From NCBI GenBank assembly GCA_913020145.1, contig CAJWAI010000001.1, forward strand, positions 1,130 to 65,129: a DNA stretch of 64,000 bases, read 5' to 3'. Position numbers and translations under genes: made by a program. This document shows, piece after piece, positions 28,141-37,106 of the stretch. The notes under the pieces were generated by a model. That model saw only the letters and a program-made list of their open reading frames with translations. It had not been told where the DNA came from and ran no database searches. This DNA is from an uncultured Gammaproteobacteria bacterium. Its GTDB lineage: Bacteria; Pseudomonadota; Gammaproteobacteria; Magnimaribacterales; TMED112. Position 1 is the first letter of the stretch. Each line of letters starts with the position of its first letter.

Positions 28141-28861
28141 ACAAATTCTTATTACAGGTGGTGCACAAAGGATTGGTAAACAACTAGTGAATCACTTTCA
28201 TGACATTGGGTGGGATATATTATTTCAATATAGATCTTCTAGTGATTCTGCAATTAATCTCTGCAATCAGTTAAATTCAAAAAGAGGAAACTCTTGCCAA
28301 GCTCTTCAATGTGATTTTGATAATGATGCCTCTTTTGCCGATTTCTGTAATGAAATAAATAAAAACGCTAACAATCTCTGTGCTTTGATTAATAATGCTT
28401 CTACTTTTTATCCAAAAAAAATTACAGAAATAGACTCTAGTGATTGGGAGAAGTTAATGTCTTCAAATCTTAAAACTCCTATCTTTTTATCTAGTGCTCT
28501 TGCAGACAAGTTAGTAAAAAATAAGGGGCATATTATAAATATTACAGATATTTATGCGGAACAAGGTATGTCTGGATATTCGGTTTATGCAGCAGCAAAA
28601 GCAGGACTATACAATTTCACTAAATCACTTGCCAGAGAACTTGCCCCTGATGTATTAGTTAATTCAATCTCGCCTGGTTCAATCTTATGGGACGTTAATG
28701 AACCATCTGAAGAAAAGAAGAAAAAAATTTTAGATAGCATACCTATGAAAAGATTAGGCTCAGAAAAAGATATAGTTATGTTAGCCGACTACTTAATAAC
28801 TAAAAATACTTATATGACTGGTAGAAACATAAGTGTTGATGGTGGAAAATCTCTAGGGTGA
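28133..28861 (+). CDS. SDR-family reductase, pteridine / dihydromonapterin reductase-like (FolM-like)
   Basis: Motifs include [14 protein letters not shown] and YAAAKAG. The folate-related neighbourhood (fcl) supports the call. Confidence 0.65.
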   Translation: MDKQILITGGAQRIGKQLVNHFHDIGWDILFQYRSSSDSAINLCNQLNSKRGNSCQALQCDFDNDASFADFCNEINKNANNLCALINNASTFYPKKITEIDSSDWEKLMSSNLKTPIFLSSALADKLVKNKGHIINITDIYAEQGMSGYSVYAAAKAGLYNFTKSLARELAPDVLVNSISPGSILWDVNEPSEEKKKKILDSIPMKRLGSEKDIVMLADYLITKNTYMTGRNISVDGGKSLG

Positions 28862-29130
28862 AAATTAATAAGCTTAAAATAACTATCCGAGATAGAGAGT
28901 TTGAATTTGGCGTTCCTGAGAGCGAATACATTATTTTCAAAAAAGCAGAAAAATCAATCATAGAACTAATAGAGAATATGAAATTCCCAGAACATAAGCT
29001 CGACAATGCAATACTTAATGCTGCTCTTGGCGTAGCAAAAGAAAATGAGAGTCTAAAAGAACAGACTAAAGAATTGGATGAAAAAGTAGCTGAGCTTACA
29101 AAAAAAATAGAAATTTTTCTTAACCAATAA
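28858..29130 (+). CDS. zapA: Cell-division protein ZapA-like
   Basis: GTG start in a GTGA overlap with the preceding stop codon. The gene is 90 aa, with the ZapA pattern ITIRDREFEFGVPE...LNAALGVAKE followed by a coiled coil. The canonical zapA-ssrS-fcl order is kept. Confidence 0.7.
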   Translation: MKINKLKITIRDREFEFGVPESEYIIFKKAEKSIIELIENMKFPEHKLDNAILNAALGVAKENESLKEQTKELDEKVAELTKKIEIFLNQ

Positions 29131-29163
29131 TTTTAATTAGTATTCAAAACCGTATATATTTAA

Positions 29164-29333
29164 AGTATCTGGATCATAGTTTTCGGATTTACTCTTTGAA
29201 TCGATAATAGAGATTAAAGGGAAGCAGATTTTTTATAGCTGTGCATTACCATTAGGGAAGCCTTACTATATAAATGAGCTGCCCACCTGACCGAAGGGTT
29301 CAGGGTTGCTGGGAACATATGATTCAGATATCT
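29164..29333 (+). ncRNA. ssrS: 6S RNA
   Basis: It lies between zapA and the 5-formyl-THF cyclo-ligase gene, as in E. coli. The 3' element CACCTGACCGAAGGGTTCAGGGTTGC matches E. coli CACCUUGAACCAAGGGUUCAAGGGUUAC, and GAAGCCTTA is also conserved. The 5' GTATCTGGATCATA pairs with the 3' TATGATTCAGATAT to form the closing helix. The ends are approximate, within about 5 nt. Confidence 0.85.
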
Positions 29334-29864
29334 AAAAATTCATTAAGAAAAGAAATGCGATCGAGAAGACATGAGCTCTTAAATAGAGATGTCATTTCTT
29401 TGTCTAAGTTAATTAATGAACGTTTAAAAAAAGAGGTCTACTTTAATGATTGTAAAAATATAGCTTGTTACATGGCGTTTGATAATGAGCCTAATTTGTC
29501 CATTCCAATAAATAAAAAATTATTTTTTCCTAAAATTAGTAATGAAAAATTAACTTTCCATTTAAATACACATAAATTTACAAAGAATAAATTTGGTATT
29601 AAGGAGCCAATAGATAAAGCAATATTCCCTATTAATAAAATTCAATTAATTCTTATTCCTTTAGTTGCTTTTAATAGTGATTTATATCGAGTCGGATTTG
29701 GAGGTGGTTACTATGATAGAACGCTTCAATATCTTTCAGAAAAAAATATTAGACCAAGACTTTGGGGAATCGGTTATGACTTTCAGAAAGTAAATACTAA
29801 TTTTCAAAATAAATTTGATATAAGATTAGATAAAGTTATTACTGATAAAAAAATTTATGTCTGA
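29319..29864 (+). CDS. fau: 5-formyltetrahydrofolate cyclo-ligase
   Basis: The motif GFGGGYYDR is present, and the N-terminal SLRKEMRSRRHEL is typical of the family. I trimmed the track start (29274), which runs through the 6S RNA. An alternative ATG lies at 29355. Confidence 0.85.
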   Translation: MIQISKNSLRKEMRSRRHELLNRDVISLSKLINERLKKEVYFNDCKNIACYMAFDNEPNLSIPINKKLFFPKISNEKLTFHLNTHKFTKNKFGIKEPIDKAIFPINKIQLILIPLVAFNSDLYRVGFGGGYYDRTLQYLSEKNIRPRLWGIGYDFQKVNTNFQNKFDIRLDKVITDKKIYV

Positions 29865-30516
29865 GAAATATAATGCTGCACTAGGCGCTTTTGAAAAAAT
29901 AAAAAATATTGATGGGCCATTAGATATAGGTATTGGAACTGGTAGTACCACAGATATATTTACAGAAAATTTTTTACCAAAGATTAGAGACAAGATTGGC
30001 TCTGTTTATTCAAGCTCTAAGAGAACAACAAATTTATTAAATGCATTAGATTTTCATGTTGAAGAAGGCAAACCCAATAAGGTGCTAGATCTATATATTG
30101 ATGGTGCTGATGAAGTAGATAAAAATCTTAATCTAATAAAAGGTGGGGGTGGTGCTCACACAAATGAAAAAATGATTGCTGCGTCTTCTAGTAGTTTTAT
30201 ATGTATTGTAGATACTTCTAAATTAGTTGAGGTTCTAGGTAAATTTCCTCTTCCAGTTGAAGTTCTTTTAAAAAATAAAGACAGTGTAATTCAAGCATGT
30301 AAAAAATACTCTCAACAAATTACTGTTAGAGAAAAATTGTCTGACAATGGGAATATTCTACTTGATCTTCATGGGATAGAAATTTCAGAACCTCTTAAAA
30401 TTGAAAAAGAAATCAATGATATAACTGGAGTAGTTGAAGTAGGAATTTTCGCTATCAATAAACCAGAATTGGTTATTGTTGGCAAAGAGGATAGCTACAA
30501 TTCAATAGAATCTTGA
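29857..30516 (+). CDS. rpiA: Ribose-5-phosphate isomerase A
   Basis: Motifs include GIGTGSTT, DGADEVD and LIKGGGGAHTNEK. Confidence 0.93.
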   Translation: MSEKYNAALGAFEKIKNIDGPLDIGIGTGSTTDIFTENFLPKIRDKIGSVYSSSKRTTNLLNALDFHVEEGKPNKVLDLYIDGADEVDKNLNLIKGGGGAHTNEKMIAASSSSFICIVDTSKLVEVLGKFPLPVEVLLKNKDSVIQACKKYSQQITVREKLSDNGNILLDLHGIEISEPLKIEKEINDITGVVEVGIFAINKPELVIVGKEDSYNSIES

Positions 30517-31025
30517 ATTGCTTGAATAATCTTTGGATCGTTGGGCTCAACTTTATGTGAAAAACTTTTTATCTCGCCTTCTTTTGTAATCAAAAACTTA
30601 TGGAAATTCCATTTGGGTCTTTCATCTGTCTTTTTAAATAATTTTTTATAAAAAGGGTGTTCTGTTGAGTTCTTTACATTAGATATTGAAAACATTGGGA
30701 AGGTTACATCATACATAGCTTTGCAGAACTCACCTACTTTTGCTTCATCTTCATATTCTTGCCATAAAAAGTTTCTTGAAGGAAAGCCTAAAACAGTAAA
30801 ACCATCATTGCTAAATCGTCTTTGTAATGCTTCTAATCCTTCAAATTGATTAGTGTATCCACATTTACTGGCTGTATTAACAACAAGAATAGTTTTTTCA
30901 GAATATTCACATAAATTTTTATATTCATCCTTATTTAAAATTTTTACATCTGTATCTAGAAGATCATTACAACTATATGTATAGCTACAAATATAAAACA
31001 AAAAGAATAAAAGAAATTTCTTCAT
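30495..31025 (-). CDS. Glutathione peroxidase (Cys type), secreted or periplasmic
   Basis: It has a signal peptide. Motifs NTASKCGYT, LGFPSRNFLWQE and WNFHKFL are present. Confidence 0.9.
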   Translation of the reverse strand: MKKFLLFFLFYICSYTYSCNDLLDTDVKILNKDEYKNLCEYSEKTILVVNTASKCGYTNQFEGLEALQRRFSNDGFTVLGFPSRNFLWQEYEDEAKVGEFCKAMYDVTFPMFSISNVKNSTEHPFYKKLFKKTDERPKWNFHKFLITKEGEIKSFSHKVEPNDPKIIQAIQDSIEL

Positions 31026-31141
31026 TATGTGATTATAAATTTATTTATATAGTAGAGATACCTAATATTAACACTAGGAATATTGCGAAAAGTATAAAAA
31101 GTTCTATGTTTTCTAAAAATTTATCCATTTTTCTTAAATTT

Positions 31142-31192
31142 CTAGGGGCCGTAGCCCCTAGTTTGTCAGTCAGGGGGAGAGGAGAGACTGAC
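31142..31192. other. Twin GC-rich hairpins in the only long unexplained spacer (candidate terminator or small-RNA element)
   Basis: Hairpin A pairs CTAGGGGC (31142-49) with GCCCCTAG (31154-61) across a CGTA loop, followed by TTTGT on the + strand. Hairpin B pairs GTCAGTC (31165-71) with GACTGAC (31186-92) around a 14-nt loop. That loop reads AGGGGGAGAGGAGA on the + strand and UCUCCUCUCCCCCU on the - strand. Confidence 0.6.
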
Positions 31193-31267
31193 TATATATA
31201 TTACTTATTTAAAGATATTACTAGCTTTTATAGATAAATGAAAGTAATTTCATGAAATAAATACTAT

Positions 31268-31795
31268 TTATTTTATATTTACTATCATTCCTTCGTGAAC
31301 TTTATCGAATAATTCAATTACATCTTTATTTGACATTCTTATGCAGCCTTTTGACGCTTTACTTCCAAGTAGCCATTCTTCTGGGGTTCCATGGATATAG
31401 ATGTATCTTGCGAATGAATCGACCCCTATTCCCTTATTTATATTATTTTCAAGGCCTGACAACCAGAGTATTCTACTTTGTACCACATCTTCTTTTACAT
31501 ATATTTCTTGATCTGAATAAATAGGAAATATTTCTCCCGTGTGTACTCTACCAATAAATCTTCCTCCAATGATCACGTCTTTTCCAATCATTTTTTTAAT
31601 TTCATGCTTTCCTAACGGCGTTTTAAATGAATTTTCTTTTGAGCCCTCACCAAATTTTGATGTTGAAATCTTATATGTCTTAATCACTCCACTATCATCT
31701 CTAAGAATTAGTTCTTGATTAGTAATTGATATTTCTATTTCCATTGCTGTAATTAATTGTACGAAAAAAAATAATAGATATAGTTTAGCTTTCAT
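31268..31795 (-). CDS. L,D-transpeptidase (YkuD domain)
   Basis: It has a signal peptide and the catalytic motif HGTPEEWLLGSKASKGCIRMSN. Confidence 0.88.
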   Translation of the reverse strand: MKAKLYLLFFFVQLITAMEIEISITNQELILRDDSGVIKTYKISTSKFGEGSKENSFKTPLGKHEIKKMIGKDVIIGGRFIGRVHTGEIFPIYSDQEIYVKEDVVQSRILWLSGLENNINKGIGVDSFARYIYIHGTPEEWLLGSKASKGCIRMSNKDVIELFDKVHEGMIVNIK

Positions 31796-33011
31796 ATTTC
31801 TTCCTAAAATCTATTATTGATGCGGTTAATAACGTAATAAATGAGAAAACTAATAGAGGAAGGTCCCCCATTCTGACATACCAAGTATCATTCGTATTTA
31901 ATGTTATTTCATGAGATATATAGCCAATCTCGCCTCTATTGATTTTTTCTGATGATTCTTCTTTTCTAGGACTAATAATCTGAGAAATACCATCTGTAGT
32001 CGATCTAACAACCCATTTATTAGATTCTACAGCTCTAGCTCGAGCATGTTTTAGGTGCAATTCAGGCATACTATCACCGTACCAACTATCATTACTAATA
32101 TGAATAATATATTTCGTATTTTTGACCCTGTTTACAAAGGTACTATTAAATACAATTTCCCAGCATACTAAGCCTGACCAATCTGATTTATTCTGACTAT
32201 ATTTACCTTGAGTAAGGCTAGAATTTTGTATATTGAAAAAATTGCTTACAGGTGTAAGAAGATCACCGAAGGGCTGAAATTCTCCAAAGGGAACAAGGTT
32301 TCTTTTATCATAAGTATGACCTGTATTGCTGTTTATTATTGATGTATAAATTTTTGTATCTTCTTTTCTAAAGAATCCACCAATAATGGTTTTTTCATTG
32401 ATATTAGAAAATATATTTTCGCTATACCAACTTACTGCTTCAGGCCAAACAACAATATCTGTATCAGTATTATTTGTAATTTCTTTAAGTGCATATAAAT
32501 CATTACTTAATGGTTGTGCAATTGATATTCTTAATTTTTCAGAGCCGCCTTCCTGATAATGCCCTGGTCCAAATATGAGCAATAGAATTAATATAGAAGA
32601 AATCGATAATTTATAAGTCATCCTTATTTTTTCTAATAATATGCAGATAATTAGAATAATCACAAAAGATGTACCAGCAACACCTATTATTGGCAACAAC
32701 CCCCAAAAGTAATCAAAAATAATTCCTAAATTCTGGCCAGGAAAACCTGATAACATCCAAGATCTTATCCACTCTAAAATAAAGAATACGCTTGGAAGAA
32801 TAAATATTTTTAACTTAGAATTCTCAAAATACTTTATTGCAATACCAAATAGACCAAAATAAATAGACAGATAGCAAATTATAAGTACTGTCATAAAGAA
32901 GCTAAGTAGACTACCAGCACCATAAAAATTTATAGCTTCATATACCCAGGATATTGAAATAGACCAAAATATAAGCCCAATAAAAAAACCTAATTGAAAG
33001 AATTTAATCAA
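31785..33011 (-). CDS. lnt: Apolipoprotein N-acyltransferase (short, 408 aa)
   Basis: The catalytic residues are retained (VVWPEAV, YDKRNLVPFGEF, LVCWEIVF). The corC-lnt synteny is conserved. Confidence 0.8.
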   Translation of the reverse strand: MIKFFQLGFFIGLIFWSISISWVYEAINFYGAGSLLSFFMTVLIICYLSIYFGLFGIAIKYFENSKLKIFILPSVFFILEWIRSWMLSGFPGQNLGIIFDYFWGLLPIIGVAGTSFVIILIICILLEKIRMTYKLSISSILILLLIFGPGHYQEGGSEKLRISIAQPLSNDLYALKEITNNTDTDIVVWPEAVSWYSENIFSNINEKTIIGGFFRKEDTKIYTSIINSNTGHTYDKRNLVPFGEFQPFGDLLTPVSNFFNIQNSSLTQGKYSQNKSDWSGLVCWEIVFNSTFVNRVKNTKYIIHISNDSWYGDSMPELHLKHARARAVESNKWVVRSTTDGISQIISPRKEESSEKINRGEIGYISHEITLNTNDTWYVRMGDLPLLVFSFITLLTASIIDFRKKYES

Positions 33012-33798
33012 TTTTACGTACGGTAATCTTTTTTATTTTTCTCTGGTCAGCAGAAGTTACAATTAGCTCAAGGTTAGAAACTTTTATGCTTTCTCCAACT
33101 TTTGGCAAATGACCAAATTCTTTAAGCACAAAACCTCCTAAACTTTCAGCTTCAGGACAATTAAGCTTAATATCAAAAAAATCTTCAAATTTTTCTTTTT
33201 CTATTATTGAGGAGACTATATATTCTTTCTCATTGATTTTAATGACTTCATCATTTTTCTCTTCATAGAATTCATCTTCTATTTCACCTACTATTTCTTC
33301 AAGAATGTCTTCAATTGTAATTAAGCCTGCCAGCACACCATACTCATCTATAACCATAGCTAAGTGAGCTCGATCTTTTTTAAAATCTTCAAGTAATGAA
33401 GTTACAGCTTTTGTTTCAGGAGTATACTTTGGTTCTCTTAGCAGATCTGAAATATGAAAATCTAAATTATTTTTAATATCTACCAAATCTTTCACATGCA
33501 ATATTCCTATGACTTTTTCTGAATCAGAGGTGAAAACAGGATATCTAGAGTGTTTAGTATCTTTTACTATTTCATAAATTTCTTTAAGTGTATTGTCTTC
33601 ATTTATTGATGAGATATTAACCTTAGGAATCATTATTTCTTTAACAATTGAATCTTTAATATTTAGTACATTTTGAATTAGCTCTTCTATCTGCTCATCA
33701 CTTGGTTGATCAGCAACATTAGGATCTTCTATCTCTCTTTTCTTAGAGAACAGATTGATAATTTTAGAAAAAAACGACTGCGGTGGTTCTTCAGACAT
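33004..33798 (-). CDS. corC: CBS-pair / CorC_HlyC domain protein (Mg/Co efflux-associated, YbeX)
   Basis: It carries a CBS pair and a C-terminal transporter-associated domain. The ybeZ-ybeY-corC order is kept. Confidence 0.85.
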   Translation of the reverse strand: MSEEPPQSFFSKIINLFSKKREIEDPNVADQPSDEQIEELIQNVLNIKDSIVKEIMIPKVNISSINEDNTLKEIYEIVKDTKHSRYPVFTSDSEKVIGILHVKDLVDIKNNLDFHISDLLREPKYTPETKAVTSLLEDFKKDRAHLAMVIDEYGVLAGLITIEDILEEIVGEIEDEFYEEKNDEVIKINEKEYIVSSIIEKEKFEDFFDIKLNCPEAESLGGFVLKEFGHLPKVGESIKVSNLELIVTSADQRKIKKITVRKID

Positions 33799-34271
33799 TA
33801 TTTATATGGATTTTGTATGCCAATTTTTGATAAAAATTCAATTTCCTTTCTTTCCATTAATATAGCATCATTTTCTAGGTCATGCTTATAGCCTAAAAGG
33901 TGTAGCATTGAATGTATTAAGAGATGGATGAGATGATCAATTTTACTTTTAGAACTATTTAAAACTTCCTCTTCGATAACATCCATAGATATTATTATTT
34001 CTCCAATACAATTCTTTCTAATTCCCTGAAAAGCTGTATCTGGAAAAGACAATACATTTGTAGGTGCTTCTTTATTGCGGAATTTTTTGTTTAGCTCCTT
34101 GATTTCGTCTTTAGTACAAAAACTTATATCTAATTTAACTTCAGTTATTTTAAATACTCGTACAAATTCATTTATTGAAGATTTTATTTCTTCATTGTGG
34201 CTATCTGCTAGTTTAGGAGTATTAAAAATCTCAATATTTATGGCGTCATTCGAAATTATCATAAGCTTCAA
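33798..34271 (-). CDS. ybeY: rRNA maturation endoribonuclease YbeY
   Basis: The zinc motif is HLLIHSMLHLLGYKHD. Confidence 0.92.
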   Translation of the reverse strand: MKLMIISNDAINIEIFNTPKLADSHNEEIKSSINEFVRVFKITEVKLDISFCTKDEIKELNKKFRNKEAPTNVLSFPDTAFQGIRKNCIGEIIISMDVIEEEVLNSSKSKIDHLIHLLIHSMLHLLGYKHDLENDAILMERKEIEFLSKIGIQNPYK

Positions 34272-35190
34272 CTATTTCTTGAACTAGTGAATGGCGCACT
34301 ACATCTTTTGCTCCAAACTTTGTAAATTTGATTGAATCAACATTTTTTAAAACTTCAATTGCATGCTTTAATCCAGAGGTATTACTTTTAGGTAAATCAA
34401 TTTGACTTAAGTCTCCATTTACTACAGCTTTTGAGCCAAAACCTAGTCTAGTTAAAAACATTTTCATCTGTTCAATAGTTGTATTCTGGCCCTCATCCAT
34501 AATAATAAAAGCTTCCCTTAGAGTTCTTCCCCTCATATATGCAAGAGGCGCTATCTCTATTGTGTCTCTTTCAACTAATCTATTTACTCTCTCTGCTCCT
34601 AGCATGTCATGTAAAGCATCGTAGAGTGGCCTTAAATAGGGGTCTATTTTTGAGCTTAAATCTCCAGGAAGGAATCCAAGCCTTTCTCCTGCTTCGACTG
34701 CTGGCCTTACTAGAACTATTTTTCTAATTTTTTCCTTAATTAAATCATCTACAGCTGCGGCAACAGCTAAGAAAGTTTTTCCTGTGCCAGATGGACCTAC
34801 GCCAAATGTAAGATCATTAGTCATAATGTTGTTTAAATAATCATTTTGGTTTTTTCCACGAGCTGTTACTAAAACTCTAGGTGTTTTAATTTGGAGGCTA
34901 TCACTACCCTCTGCTTCCTGATCAGAAAATTTTGCAGTATGTAGGCTTAAATGAACAACATCAGAAGTTATTACTGAATTAGTATCTAACTTTTGTTTTA
35001 AGTCATAAAGAGCTGAGATACCTATTTGTACATCTTCTTCTTTCCCTGAAAGATTAAATTCTGTGCCATTTTGTAAAACTTTAATTTTTAAAGCTTTTTC
35101 AATCTGTTTAAGATTTTTATTAAGCTCCCCACATAAGAGCATTAGTCTTTCTGGCGGAAGATTAGGAAAATTTAGCTGATAATTAAACAA
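34246..35190 (-). CDS. ybeZ: PhoH-like ATPase (YbeZ)
   Basis: The Walker A motif is GPSGTGKTFLAVA, with FIIMDEGQN also present. It lies downstream of miaB. Confidence 0.92.
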   Translation of the reverse strand: MFNYQLNFPNLPPERLMLLCGELNKNLKQIEKALKIKVLQNGTEFNLSGKEEDVQIGISALYDLKQKLDTNSVITSDVVHLSLHTAKFSDQEAEGSDSLQIKTPRVLVTARGKNQNDYLNNIMTNDLTFGVGPSGTGKTFLAVAAAVDDLIKEKIRKIVLVRPAVEAGERLGFLPGDLSSKIDPYLRPLYDALHDMLGAERVNRLVERDTIEIAPLAYMRGRTLREAFIIMDEGQNTTIEQMKMFLTRLGFGSKAVVNGDLSQIDLPKSNTSGLKHAIEVLKNVDSIKFTKFGAKDVVRHSLVQEIVEAYDNFE

Positions 35191-35195
35191 TGTTT

Positions 35196-36521
35196 TTAGT
35201 TCTGTAAAGTTCCTCTGAGACAGTTTGGTAAAGCATCATCAATTCGAATATTAATCAATTGTCCAACTAAATCAATACCGTCATGTGCAAAATTTACTAC
35301 TCTGTTACAGATTGTTCTAGCCTGTAATTGTCCAGGATCTCTTTTTGATTGACCCATAACCAAACAATTTTGTATTGTCCCAACCATTTTTCTGCTATAG
35401 CCAAAAGAAAATTGGCTTAATCTTGACTGCAAAATGTCTAGTCGCTCTTTCTTTTCTTCAGGACTTACATCATCAGCCATATCAGAAGCAGGTGTATTTG
35501 GTCTAGGGCTATAAATAAAACTAAATGACTCATCAAACTTTACCTCATTAACAATATCCATAGTTTTAGCAAAATCCTCTTTCGTTTCCCCAGGAAATCC
35601 GACAATAAAATCAGAAGAGAAGCTCATTTCTGGCCTTATAGATTTTATTCGTTCAACTAAACTAAGATATTTTTCTACATTGTATCTTCTCCTCATTAAC
35701 TCAAGTATTCGGTCTGAACCGCTTTGAACTGGTAAATGTACATGGCTAACTAATTCAGGGACTTTGTCATAAGCTTCTACTAAATCATCCTTAAATTCAT
35801 GTGGGTGGCTAGTAGTGAATCTAATTCTTTTTATATTTTCTATTTTTGATGTTAATTCAATTAACTTAGCTAATGATGACTTTTCATCTTTATATAAACC
35901 TTTAAAGTTATTGACGTTCTGGCCTAAGTAATGAATTTCCTTTGTCCCTTTATCAGCTAAAATTGATACTTCATTCAGAATATGATCAATATCTCTCGAG
36001 ACTTCGTGTCCTCTAGTGTGTGGCACTACACAGAAAGAGCAATATTTATTACAACCTTCCATGACAGATACGAATGAAGAAGGTTCACCATGATCTGGTG
36101 TTGGTAGATGATCAAATTTTTCTAATTTTGGAAACGAGATATCTATTTGAGCTGAATTAGTCTTAACTTTTTCCTTATAAAGTTCAGGAAGTTTATGTAA
36201 TGTCTGTGGTCCAAATACAATATCGACAGATGGAGCACGTTTTACTATCTCTTTTCCTTCTTGAGATGCAACACACCCACCAATTGCAATTTTCAAATCA
36301 GGTTTCTTATCTTTAATCTTTCTCCATCTTCCTATTTGATGAAAGACCCTTTCTTGAGCTTTTTCTCTTATTGAACAGGTATTTAATATTAATAGATCTG
36401 CTTGCTCTTCCGTCTCAGCTATTTCAAATTTTTCTTGGGTTTGAAGAAGATCGAGCATTTTTGCTGAATCATACTCATTCATCTGACAACCATGCGTCTT
36501 TATATATAATTTCTTTGCCAT
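35196..36521 (-). CDS. miaB: tRNA-2-methylthio-N6-dimethylallyladenosine synthase (radical SAM)
   Basis: Motifs include KTHGCQMNEYDS and the CNKYCSFCVVP radical-SAM cluster. A TRAM C-terminal domain is present. Confidence 0.95.
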   Translation of the reverse strand: MAKKLYIKTHGCQMNEYDSAKMLDLLQTQEKFEIAETEEQADLLILNTCSIREKAQERVFHQIGRWRKIKDKKPDLKIAIGGCVASQEGKEIVKRAPSVDIVFGPQTLHKLPELYKEKVKTNSAQIDISFPKLEKFDHLPTPDHGEPSSFVSVMEGCNKYCSFCVVPHTRGHEVSRDIDHILNEVSILADKGTKEIHYLGQNVNNFKGLYKDEKSSLAKLIELTSKIENIKRIRFTTSHPHEFKDDLVEAYDKVPELVSHVHLPVQSGSDRILELMRRRYNVEKYLSLVERIKSIRPEMSFSSDFIVGFPGETKEDFAKTMDIVNEVKFDESFSFIYSPRPNTPASDMADDVSPEEKKERLDILQSRLSQFSFGYSRKMVGTIQNCLVMGQSKRDPGQLQARTICNRVVNFAHDGIDLVGQLINIRIDDALPNCLRGTLQN

Positions 36522-36536
36522 TTGTTTATTAGTTTA

Positions 36537-37073
36537 TTACTTAAAGAACTTTTTTCTATAAAATTTAAGCTCGTCAACAGACTCTTTAATATCGTCCATA
36601 GCTCTATGAGATCCTTTTTTCTCGAATTCTTCTGCTTCTGGATACCACCTTTTCACTACTTCTTTAAATGAACTGACATCAATGTGTCTATAATGAAAAT
36701 GATTGGCTAGCTTAGGCATATATTTAATTAGAAACCTTCTATCATGAGAAACTGTACTGCCACAAAGAGGTGATTTATGTTGCTTTATATGTTTTTGGAA
36801 AAAATCCAAGGTATCTTTTTCTGCATGTTCTATCAAAACACTACTAGATTTAATTTTCTCCAAAAGCCCTGTGGATGTGTGTTGTTTAACATTCCATTCA
36901 TTCATTAACTCTAATACTTCAGATGGTTGAGATATTACAAGCTCAGGCCCCTCTTCAACAACATTTAGATCTGAATCAGTTATCAAGCTCGCTATTTCTA
37001 TAATATGGTGTTTATCAGGATCAAGTCCTGTCATTTCTAAGTCTATCCAAGCTAGTAAATTTAAATTTGTCAT
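36537..37073 (-). CDS. orn: Oligoribonuclease
   Basis: Motifs include LAWIDLEMTGLD and HRAMDDI. The gene is 178 aa. Confidence 0.93.
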   Translation of the reverse strand: MTNLNLLAWIDLEMTGLDPDKHHIIEIASLITDSDLNVVEEGPELVISQPSEVLELMNEWNVKQHTSTGLLEKIKSSSVLIEHAEKDTLDFFQKHIKQHKSPLCGSTVSHDRRFLIKYMPKLANHFHYRHIDVSSFKEVVKRWYPEAEEFEKKGSHRAMDDIKESVDELKFYRKKFFK

Positions 37074-37106
37074 TTATACTTTTTCTACTCAACACAATAA
37101 TACTAT

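Noticed and set aside
29274-29318. The track ORF start for the cyclo-ligase gene (MSCPPDRRVQGCWEH…)
   Set aside because: These codons are the conserved 3' core of 6S RNA (CACCTGACCGAAGGGTTCAGGGTTGC). The family-typical N-terminus begins at the next ATG.
30977-31237. An 86-aa + strand ORF filling the gpx/ldt spacer
   Set aside because: It starts inside gpx on the antisense strand and has no RBS. Its composition is low-complexity K/I/Y/S-rich. Its only non-AT segment is the pair of hairpins, so it looks like a chance ORF in AT-rich DNA.
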